This document shows positions 18,906 to 25,575 of a DNA stretch of 56,725 nt, piece by piece (the stretch's first letter is position 1; the number at the start of each line of letters is the position of its first letter). This DNA is from Spirochaetales bacterium. GTDB lineage: Bacteria > Spirochaetota > Spirochaetia > SZUA-6 > DRHE01. A model generated the notes under the pieces. It worked only from the letters and a program-made list of their open reading frames with translations. It did not search any database and had not been told where the DNA came from. Position numbers and translations under genes: made by a program. The stretch lies in the NCBI GenBank assembly GCA_016935715.1, contig JAFGQJ010000221.1:1-56725 (forward strand). The letters are read 5' to 3'.

Positions 18906-19358
18906 CTAGTTTTTCTTTAGTGTTCTCAGCTCCTTCTCGAAAGACTTGAGATCGGTGAACTCCCTGTACACCGATGCAAAGCGGATGTAGGCCACCTTAT
19001 CGAGCTCTTTGAGCCGGTCCATCACCAGCTCTCCGATGACCTGCGCCGGGACCTCCCGGTTTCCGTAGTTGTACAACTCCGCCTCGACCGTGCTGACCAG
19101 CTTCTCCACCGCCTCCCGCGGGATAGGCCTCTTCTCGCAGGCCTTGAGCAGGCCGGCCAGCAGCTTGTCCCGATCGAAGCTTTCCCGCCGCCCGTCCTTC
19201 TTGATGACCGACACGCCGGTCCACTCGATACGCTCGTAGGTGGAGAACCGGCGTCCGCAGGCCAGACATTCACGCCTGCGCCTGATGGTATCGAGTTCTT
19301 CCAGGTTTCGTTTATCCACTACCCGCGTTTTGGTATGCCGGCAGAACGGGCATTTCAT
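18906..19358 (-). CDS. nrdR: transcriptional repressor NrdR
   Basis: ATG at 19358 gives MKCPFCRHTKTRVVDKR (Zn ribbon CxxC...CxxC) followed by an ATP-cone. The upstream part of the track ORF is non-homologous. Confidence 0.95.
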   Translation of the reverse strand: MKCPFCRHTKTRVVDKRNLEELDTIRRRRECLACGRRFSTYERIEWTGVSVIKKDGRRESFDRDKLLAGLLKACEKRPIPREAVEKLVSTVEAELYNYGNREVPAQVIGELVMDRLKELDKVAYIRFASVYREFTDLKSFEKELRTLKKN

Positions 19359-19365
19359 AACCTGT

Positions 19366-19415
19366 ACACAAGATATTGTGTTCCCATTATACCCGAAACC
19401 ACAAGATACGCAAGG
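19366..19415 (-). promoter_or_regulatory. putative nrdR-nrdDG promoter with tandem NrdR boxes
   Basis: The minus strand reads TTGCGT-16 nt-TATAAT (plus-strand 19408-19413 and 19386-19391). ACACAAGATATTGTGT (19366-19381) has perfect 6-bp inverted arms and resembles the NrdR box. A weaker copy CCACAAGATACGCAAG lies 33 bp away (19399-19414) and overlaps the -35. Confidence 0.55.
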
Positions 19416-19573
19416 GTTTCCCGTAAGATTTCCAATAAAAAAAGTACTAGTATACGAAATTTTTTTGGTATGAATGACTAACATAAATTTACTCCTTCTG
19501 CATCAGATGTCCCGCTGCCGCGGGGCCGCCGGGGGCTTTTACTGCCGGTGAAAATAGACTATCCTCTCTGGAT

Positions 19574-20293
19574 ATGTTCGAGTTTCTCACCTTGTTTCCA
19601 GAAGGGTTCACCGGAAATTACATCTTCCGGCTGCTGGCTGCCTCCCTCCTGGGCGGTGCGATCGGCTTCGAGCGGGACATCCACGGCCGGGCGGCCGGGC
19701 TGCGCACCAACATGCTGGTCAGCACGGGGGCCGCCCTGTTCATGCTGGTCTCCATAGCCGTGGCCGACATCTGGTCCGGAGGACCGGAGGGCACGGGACT
19801 GCGGGTGGATCCCAGCAGGATTGCGGCCCAGATCGTCACCGGCATTGGTTTTCTCGGCGCCGGGGCGATCATCAAGGAGGGATTCAACATACGGGGGCTG
19901 ACCACTGCCGCCTGCCTCTGGGTATCCGCCGGCGTGGGCATGGCCGCCGGTGCGGGACTGTTCGAGATGGCCATCGTCGTCACCCTGATCGGAATCTTCG
20001 CGCTGGTGGCGGTGAACAGGTTCGAAAAGGTCTACGCCAAGGATTCCTACCGGGTCTTGAAAATCACGGTGGCCAACGATGCCGACATCTCCCGTTTGAT
20101 CCAGGTGGTCAAACGCAAGCGCCTGAAGATCCTTTTCCTGGATTTCGACCGGGATTATCAAACGAACCAGATGGACATCACCTTCACGATCCGCCTGTTC
20201 CACAAAGGGGTGACGGACAAGCTCGCCCACGGCATCGTCGCTGATCTGGAGAGCTGCGGTTACGCGATCAACCGGCTCAGATGGGAACACTGA
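19574..20293 (+). CDS. MgtC/SapB family membrane protein
   Basis: [42 protein letters not shown] is the MgtC family signature. A soluble C-terminal domain is present. Confidence 0.9.
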   Translation: MFEFLTLFPEGFTGNYIFRLLAASLLGGAIGFERDIHGRAAGLRTNMLVSTGAALFMLVSIAVADIWSGGPEGTGLRVDPSRIAAQIVTGIGFLGAGAIIKEGFNIRGLTTAACLWVSAGVGMAAGAGLFEMAIVVTLIGIFALVAVNRFEKVYAKDSYRVLKITVANDADISRLIQVVKRKRLKILFLDFDRDYQTNQMDITFTIRLFHKGVTDKLAHGIVADLESCGYAINRLRWEH

Positions 20294-21306
20294 TGAAGAT
20301 TTCACGGATTCTGATCACTCTGTTTTTAAGCGCCTTCGCCCTGCGGCCCGTCGCGGCCCAGTCTCTTGCCGACGGCCTGTACGCGCAGCTGGAAACCAGC
20401 CGGGGTACGATCCTGCTCTCCCTGGAGTTCGAGAAAACCCCGCTCACGGTGGCCAACTTCGTCGGCCTGGCGGAGGGCGCGATCGCCTTCGACAACCGGC
20501 CGGAGGACCGGCCCTTCTACGACGGATTGACCTTCCACCGGGTCATCGACGGGTTCATGATCCAGGGAGGGGACCCCCTCGGCAACGGTACCGGAGGTCC
20601 GGGATACCGCTTTCCCGACGAGCTGGCTCCCGAGCTCCGACACGACGGTCCCGGCGTGCTGTCCATGGCCAACAGCGGCCCCGATACCAACGGCAGCCAG
20701 TTCTTCATCACCCACGCCGCAGCCCCGTGGCTCGACGGCTTTCATGCCGTATTCGGCCGGGTGAGGGAAGGCCAGGAGGTGGTGAACGCCATCCGGCAGG
20801 GGGACACGATCGGAACGGTGAAGATCCTCCGGGTCGGAGCGGCGGCCCGCAGCTTCCAGGTCGACCAGGAGAGCTTCGACCGCCTGCTGCGGGAAGCCCC
20901 TGCACGCCAGAAGGAATACGCCGCCCGCGCCCGCAGCCTGGCCCTGGCGGAGATCCAGCGCCGCTGGCCGGATGCCAGGCAGACGGATTCGGGGCTCCGC
21001 TACCGGATCCTGTCCCCGGGCTCCGGGGCGAAATCTCCCGCCTATGGAACATCGGTCACGGTCCACTACACCGGGCAGCGGCTCAATGGGCTTGTGTTCG
21101 ACAGCTCCGTGCAGCGCGGACAGCCGGCCACGTTCGAGATCGGCAGGGTGATCCAGGGGTGGAACGAAGCCCTGACCGGCATGAAGCATGGGGAGAAGAG
21201 AATCCTGATCATTCCTCCGGAGCTGGCCTACGGAGAGCGTGGATACCCGGGTGTCATTCCGCCGAACGAGTTTCTGATCTTCGAGGTGGAGCTGCTGGAT
21301 TTCTGA
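20293..21306 (+). CDS. secreted dual-family peptidyl-prolyl isomerase (cyclophilin domain fused to FKBP domain)
   Basis: Signal peptide [23 protein letters not shown]. Cyclophilin block [30 protein letters not shown]...NGSQFFIT. C-terminal FKBP block [18 protein letters not shown]...[14 protein letters not shown]...[11 protein letters not shown]. The ATG at 20293 shares one base with the mgtC-family stop; ATG 20281 is an alternative. Confidence 0.9.
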   Translation: MKISRILITLFLSAFALRPVAAQSLADGLYAQLETSRGTILLSLEFEKTPLTVANFVGLAEGAIAFDNRPEDRPFYDGLTFHRVIDGFMIQGGDPLGNGTGGPGYRFPDELAPELRHDGPGVLSMANSGPDTNGSQFFITHAAAPWLDGFHAVFGRVREGQEVVNAIRQGDTIGTVKILRVGAAARSFQVDQESFDRLLREAPARQKEYAARARSLALAEIQRRWPDARQTDSGLRYRILSPGSGAKSPAYGTSVTVHYTGQRLNGLVFDSSVQRGQPATFEIGRVIQGWNEALTGMKHGEKRILIIPPELAYGERGYPGVIPPNEFLIFEVELLDF

Positions 21307-21388
21307 TCCCGGCCTTCCGGCGCCGGCCTTGCGGCACAGGCTGCCGGAGCTTCTTGCTTGTTTTATGATACTATAGTACTATAAAGAT

Positions 21389-21973
21389 GTGGACAGGAAA
21401 ACATCCGGTAAGTTCGTTCTTCGCCTTCCCCCGGAACTCCACTTGAGTTTAAAAAACCTGGCAGCCCGGAAAGGCATATCTCTGAATGAGCTGTGCCTGC
21501 GGGCGGTGAAGAGTTACATCACCGGGATTCGGGCAGACACAAGCTCCGGCGGAAGCAAAGACCAACGGTGGTTCAGGGTTCTGGAAGAACAGCTGGGCAA
21601 CTCTCTGCTGGGAGTCATTCTGTTCGGATCCGTGGCTCGGGGAGAGAATCGCGGCTCGTCGGATGTCGATCTGCTGATTGTGGTCTCTTCGGACCTGCCT
21701 CTGAATCGGCGTCTGTATGCGATGTGGGATGAGAAGCTGTCGGAGGAGCCCCACAGCCCGCACTTCGTGCATCTTGCCGAAACCGTTTCCAGGGCAGGCT
21801 CCCTCTGGTACGAAGCGGCTGTAGACGGGATTGTGCTTCATGAGACAGATGGAAAAATTTCCCGTTTCTTGAGCCGGATACGCAGGCTTATTGCTTCAGG
21901 CAAGCTGGAGAGGAAGATCGCCTACGGACACCCCTATTGGGTGAAACGAGAGGAGGAGACCGGTGTACAATGA
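21389..21973 (+). CDS. nucleotidyltransferase (MNT-type antitoxin) with N-terminal HicB/Arc-like ribbon-helix-helix domain
   Basis: RHH-like FVLRLPPELHLSLKNLAARKGISLNELCLRAV, then the minimal NTase motif GSVARGE...SDVDLLIV. GTG start with no SD. Confidence 0.82.
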   Translation: MDRKTSGKFVLRLPPELHLSLKNLAARKGISLNELCLRAVKSYITGIRADTSSGGSKDQRWFRVLEEQLGNSLLGVILFGSVARGENRGSSDVDLLIVVSSDLPLNRRLYAMWDEKLSEEPHSPHFVHLAETVSRAGSLWYEAAVDGIVLHETDGKISRFLSRIRRLIASGKLERKIAYGHPYWVKREEETGVQ

Positions 21974-22388
21974 GGACCTGGCAGGGGATTACCTGAAACG
22001 TGCCGGAAGCAGGCTCAAAGCGCTCGAGGTCCTGGTAGCTGAGGAGAGCTGGCCGGATGTCGTAAGGGAGGCACAGGAGACAGTAGAGATCACACTGAAG
22101 GCGCTTCTCCGTGCCTGCCACATCGAGGTTCCGAGGATCCACGATGTCAGTCCGGTGATGGAGCAGAACCGAAGCCGGCTGCCCGACCGGATCAACGAGC
22201 AGCTGGACGAGCTGATGAGCATATCCAAGAATCTGCGCCGGGACCGCGAACTCGCATTCTACGGGAGCGAGGATCTCACCCCCTCGCAGTTCTATTCCCG
22301 GGATGACGCATCTGCGGCTTTCTCTCAGGCACGCCGGGTATATGAAACGGTGTGCCTCGCCATGGGCAAGCAAGAACCCTCTCGGTGA
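21963..22388 (+). CDS. HEPN domain protein (toxin partner of MNT)
   Basis: Overlaps the MNT gene by 11 nt. HEPN (PF05168-like) helices with LKALLRACHIEVPRIHDV and RRDRELAFYG blocks. Confidence 0.82.
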   Translation: MYNEDLAGDYLKRAGSRLKALEVLVAEESWPDVVREAQETVEITLKALLRACHIEVPRIHDVSPVMEQNRSRLPDRINEQLDELMSISKNLRRDRELAFYGSEDLTPSQFYSRDDASAAFSQARRVYETVCLAMGKQEPSR

Positions 22389-22392
22389 ATTA

Positions 22393-22411
22393 TTGCCGGC
22401 AGCGCCGGCAA
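22393..22411. terminator. perfect 8-bp stem hairpin between convergent genes (possible bidirectional terminator)
   Basis: TTGCCGGC-agc-GCCGGCAA. A third complementary arm TTGCCGG follows at 22415-22421. No clear U-tract. Confidence 0.4.
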
Positions 22412-22426
22412 CCCGTTGCCGGAGGC

Positions 22427-22939
22427 TCAGCTCCAGGATTCGAAGCGCACCAGGTCCTTGATCGGACGCCGCCTCTTGGCACCCGGCCTGTCGGCGGGAT
22501 AGCCGAGAGGGGTGAAGGCGATCGGGTAGGCCGACTCGGGCAGTTTCAGGATCTCCCGGGCCGCCCGGGCATCGAAAGCCCCGATCCAGCAGCTTCCCAG
22601 TCCCTGGTCGGTCGCCGCCAGTATCAGATGATCCATGACGATCGCCGCGTCCACATCGGCGTAGCTCTTTCCGTCGGCCCGCACCCAGCAGCCGTCGCTG
22701 AGGGCGCACACCCCGATCACCAGCGGGCCCTGGACGAACCAGTCGCGGCCGTATATACGCTTCAACTCGTTCTCCCTCCCGGAGGTGTGGATCACCAGGA
22801 TGCGAAAGGCCTGGCGGTTGGCCGCGGTGGGTGCCAGCCGGGCCGCCTCCAGCACCTTTGCCAGCACCTCCTCCGGAACCGGATCTGCCCTGTAGGATCG
22901 GACGCTGTAGCGCTTCCGTATCAGCTGTTCAAAATCCAT
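22427..22939 (-). CDS. nitroreductase family protein
   Basis: RYSVRSYRADPVPEEVLAKVLEAARLAPTAANRQAFRILV is the classic nitroreductase N-terminal pattern. Confidence 0.9.
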   Translation of the reverse strand: MDFEQLIRKRYSVRSYRADPVPEEVLAKVLEAARLAPTAANRQAFRILVIHTSGRENELKRIYGRDWFVQGPLVIGVCALSDGCWVRADGKSYADVDAAIVMDHLILAATDQGLGSCWIGAFDARAAREILKLPESAYPIAFTPLGYPADRPGAKRRRPIKDLVRFESWS

Positions 22940-23002
22940 CGTTAACCGCTCCTTTCTCGAGAATTGCCGTTGCAGACGATGCCGCCGGCCAGCCCGCGCC
23001 GG

Positions 23003-23794
23003 TCAAAGCGAGCTTCCCGTGACTCGCTCGGCTATTTCGGTCAGGATGACCCCGGCGGATCCTCTGAGCAGGAAATGCGCCTGCCCATCGAGTCCCGTCT
23101 GCTGATTGTTGATGATGGCCAGCTTGCCGCCGTGGCCGAGTGTCTCACCCGGGATGCCTGCAGCCGGGTGAACCTGGAGGGAAGTGCCCACCGTGAGCAG
23201 CAGATCCGCCTTCCCGGCCTCTATGAAAGCTGCCCGTGTCTGCTCCTCGGGCATGGCCTGCCCGAAGGAAATCGTTGCCGGCTTGAGCCAGCCGCCGCAC
23301 TCGGCACAGCGTGGGCAGTCCACCGACGGTTCCGGATGCTCCCGGAAGAAGGGCAGGATCGTTTCCCACTCCACGCGCCTGCCGCACTGCAGACAGGCGA
23401 TATAGGCATTGCTTCCGTGAAGCTCGATCACCTTTTCTTCGCAGATGCCCGCCTTCTGGTGAAGCCCGTCGATGTTCTGGGTGATCATCGTCTTCAGATA
23501 ACCCGCTTCGAACAGCCGCGCCAGGGCCCTGTGTCCGGCGTTCGGCTGGGCGTCCCGCATCTGGGGCCAGCTTTCGATCTTGCGCCGCCAGTACTCCCGC
23601 CGGGCCGCGGGGTCCTGCAGGAACTCCTGCAGCTCGATGGGGCGCATCCTGGTCCAGACTCCCTGAGGGCCGCGGAAGTCCGGGATGCCGCTCTCCGTGG
23701 AGATCCCGGCACCGGAGAAGGCCACCAGGTAGCAGCTGGAACGCACCAGCGCGGCGAGCTCTTCGATTTGTTCCTGAAGTTTCGGCGCGACCAT
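23003..23794 (-). CDS. cobB: NAD-dependent protein deacylase, SIR2/CobB family
   Basis: FSGAGISTESGIPDFRGPQGVW, TQNIDGLHQKAG, catalytic ELHGS, Zn ribbon CLQCG...CAECGG. Confidence 0.93.
   Translation of the reverse strand: MVAPKLQEQIEELAALVRSSCYLVAFSGAGISTESGIPDFRGPQGVWTRMRPIELQEFLQDPAARREYWRRKIESWPQMRDAQPNAGHRALARLFEAGYLKTMITQNIDGLHQKAGICEEKVIELHGSNAYIACLQCGRRVEWETILPFFREHPEPSVDCPRCAECGGWLKPATISFGQAMPEEQTRAAFIEAGKADLLLTVGTSLQVHPAAGIPGETLGHGGKLAIINNQQTGLDGQAHFLLRGSAGVILTEIAERVTGSSL
23472..23485. repeat. left copy of 14-bp direct repeat ATGTTCTG(G/T)GTGAT (inside cobB, codons ITQNI)
   Basis: ATGTTCTGGGTGAT at 23472-23485 matches ATGTTCTGTGTGAT at 25470-25483 at 13 of 14 positions, in the same orientation. 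Confidence 0.8.
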
Positions 23795-24024
23795 GCCTTC
23801 ACTACTATCTCTGATTCAGGCAGCGGTGTCAATTGAAAGGCGAGAGCGAGCTTGCTTGGCAAGCGCCACCAGCAGTGAACAAGCCGATAAGCAGCAGCGA
23901 CACCACAGCCGGCAAGCCGAGGGCTTTTGGTAGCGCCGAGTGACGAGACATGGAGGTCGAAGAAACGAGGCGCGTACCAAAACCGAACCCCCTTTTGAGC
24001 ATCCCCCTCCCAGAATTTCAATAG

Positions 24025-24465
24025 GATACCTTGGTGGGGGTCCAGCGGGCGGAGCTTCTCATCGCAAACCCCAAGGGAAAGAAAGACCGCCTTGTGCCGG
24101 TGGGAGAGGCGGCCCGCCACTACACTGAAGCCTACCAACGGCTGGTGCGTCCCTGGATGGTCTGAAGTGAACAGGAGAAGGCTCTTTTCGTCAGCCATCG
24201 TTGAGGTGGTCGGCTTTCGCTTCGATCGGTGAGCAAGATCGTGTGTAAAGCCGCTCAGGCCAGTGGGGCGAGAAAACGCATCAGCCCGCTCAGCTTTCGC
24301 CGCGCCATGGCCACCCACCTGCTACGCAACCACGCCTACCTAAGGCACATCCAGGCCATCCTGGGGCATGCCCAGATCACCAGCACCGAGCTGTACACCC
24401 ACCTGGTCCTGGAGGACCTGAAGGAGGTGATACTTCGCTCGCATCCCCACGGCAGGCGAAAGTGA
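24025..24465 (+). pseudogene. tyrosine recombinase (XerC/XerD-like integrase) remnant with in-frame stops
   Basis: A single frame reads ..GAELLIANPKGKKDRLVPVGEAARHYTEAYQRLVRPWMV*SEQEKALFVSHR*GGRLSLRSVSKIVCKAAQASGARKRISPLSFRRAMATHLLRNHAYLRHIQAILGHAQITSTELYTHL. TGA codons lie at 24163-24165 and 24202-24204, and a TAG at 24022-24024. The N-terminal half is missing or degenerate, and box I Arg and the first His of HxxR are lost. Confidence 0.78.
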
Positions 24466-24508
24466 GAGAAGGTTTGCATTGTCCGGAAGGAGAGAACTGT
24501 AGTACACT

Positions 24509-24838
24509 ATGAACGGGAGTACCGAAATGGCTAACATCAAGAGTATCGAATGGGAAGTAACCCATTTGGTGAAGGCCCGCCTGTTTCCTGATGAGCAGTC
24601 GGTCCTGCGAACTGCGATGAGGGCGCTCTTTGAAGCGAAACCGGATCTGAAGCGTAAAATGGTGGTTACCGCATACACGGATGGGGACATCAGCCTGGGA
24701 AAAGCCGCCCAAATCATGGGGGTGAGCCAGGAAGAGATGAAGGACATCATTCGGGAGACCGGCGGACAGATTCATCTTGGCCCCCAGACGATCGAAGAGC
24801 TTCAGCAAGACACCGAGAATGCCCGAGTTCATCCTTGA
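24509..24838 (+). CDS. UPF0175 family antitoxin-like protein
   Basis: The C-terminal HTH-like ISLGKAAQIMGVSQEEMKDII is typical of UPF0175. Overlaps the downstream PIN-like gene by 20 nt. Confidence 0.78.
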   Translation: MNGSTEMANIKSIEWEVTHLVKARLFPDEQSVLRTAMRALFEAKPDLKRKMVVTAYTDGDISLGKAAQIMGVSQEEMKDIIRETGGQIHLGPQTIEELQQDTENARVHP

Positions 24839-25322
24839 CAGCACGGTGCTCTCCAATTTCGCCGCCGCCGGGATCATGGAACTGCTCTCTAAGGTGTACG
24901 GACAGAAAGGCCATACCACGGCGGAAGTCCTTAACGAATTGAAACAGGGAGTGAGGAGGGGCTATTCCTACCTCGAATCCGCTGTAAATGCGGTGGAGGG
25001 GCCGAAGCGTTGGGTGAAACTCGCCGTTCTACAATCCGCGGATGAACAACAATTAGCTCAGGAGTTCGGCGAGTTTCTCGATCCAGGTGAATCTTCGTGT
25101 TTGGTTCTCGCTGTTTCTCGAGACATGGTTCTGGCCACGGATGACATCGCCGCCAGAAAATTGGCCGCCCGGCGGAATGTCTCACTTACCGGAACACTGG
25201 GTATGCTGATTGAGCTGGTGAAACAGGAAACGATGACCCTGGAAAAGGCTAACGCGATACTTTCGCGTATGATTGAGCAGGGATACCGAAGCCCATGCGA
25301 ACGACTGGACGAACTGATCTAA
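24819..25322 (+). CDS. DUF3368/PIN-like nuclease toxin
   Basis: ATG at 24819 gives MPEFILDSTVLSNFAAAG (N-terminal acidic D). Later motifs are LDPGESSCLVLA and LATDDIAARKLA, a PIN-like acidic set. Canonical partner of UPF0175. Confidence 0.78.
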   Translation: MPEFILDSTVLSNFAAAGIMELLSKVYGQKGHTTAEVLNELKQGVRRGYSYLESAVNAVEGPKRWVKLAVLQSADEQQLAQEFGEFLDPGESSCLVLAVSRDMVLATDDIAARKLAARRNVSLTGTLGMLIELVKQETMTLEKANAILSRMIEQGYRSPCERLDELI

Positions 25323-25455
25323 GGGGCGATAGTTCAGGTTTGGGTGCATCACGCAGAACATTTTCTCAGAGCTAGTTTTTGGGTCCTGGTTTCTGTGTGG
25401 TGGATTCTCAACAGTAGTTGCTACAAGAAATTACAGGCAGGGTGGGTCAGAATGT

Positions 25456-25483
25456 ATCACACAGAATTGATGTTCTGTGTGAT
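25456..25483. repeat. perfect 11-6-11 inverted repeat (dif/att-like tyrosine-recombinase core architecture)
   Basis: ATCACACAGAA-TTGATG-TTCTGTGTGAT. The arms are exact reverse complements. The right arm plus spacer is the ITQNI coding core of a sirtuin fragment. Confidence 0.9.
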
Positions 25484-25558
25484 CATGGTCTTCAGGTATC
25501 CCGCTGCGTGCAACCGCGCCAGGGCCCTGCACCCTGCCTTCGGCTCGGCGTACCCCCT
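25466..25558 (-). pseudogene. 31-codon fragment of a second SIR2/CobB gene
   Basis: The minus strand reads *RGYAEPKAGCRALARLHAAGYLKTMITQNIN, against intact CobB ..RDAQPNAGHRALARLFEAGYLKTMITQNIDG. By eye the DNA matches 23470-23560 at roughly three positions in four. Stops flank both sides. Confidence 0.75.
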
Positions 25559-25575
25559 CTACGGGTGGCCCGCTG

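Noticed and set aside
19416-19573. Possible M-box (Mg2+) riboswitch or leader peptide upstream of the MgtC-family gene, and a GC-rich hairpin near 19515-19545.
   Set aside because: The region is too short and lacks recognisable M-box conserved helices. The hairpin has only about a 5-bp stem (CCCGC/GCGGG), which is not convincing without folding software.
23003-23794. SIR2-domain gene close to HEPN/MNT and PIN-like TA modules, considered as a possible Thoeris/DSR-type antiphage SIR2 effector.
   Set aside because: It has the full protein-deacylase architecture (GAGIS..GIPDFR, TQNIDGLH, catalytic His, 4-Cys zinc ribbon) and the size of a CobB-type sirtuin. It has no fused or neighbouring sensor domain (SLOG, TIR, HerA). 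The proximity to TA genes is explained by the integrated islet.
23795-24024. Search for a tRNA gene or the integrase N-terminal domain in the 230-bp gap next to cobB.
   Set aside because: No T-loop (GGTTCGAATCC-type) or cloverleaf features were seen, and no frame gave recognisable recombinase N-domain sequence. It is treated as degenerate element DNA.
24163-24204. In-frame TGA codons in the integrase, considered as selenocysteine or genetic-code reassignment.
   Set aside because: TGA clearly terminates many well-defined genes in the same window (for example the ECF sigma gene, the mgtC-family gene, tctC and the FecCD permease). No SECIS-like context was seen. The gene has also lost catalytic residues and its N-terminal half.
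23494-24318. 274-aa minus-strand ORF spanning the cobB 5' end and the integrase remnant.
   Set aside because: It is out of frame with cobB and antisense to the recognisable integrase frame. The translation is low-complexity.
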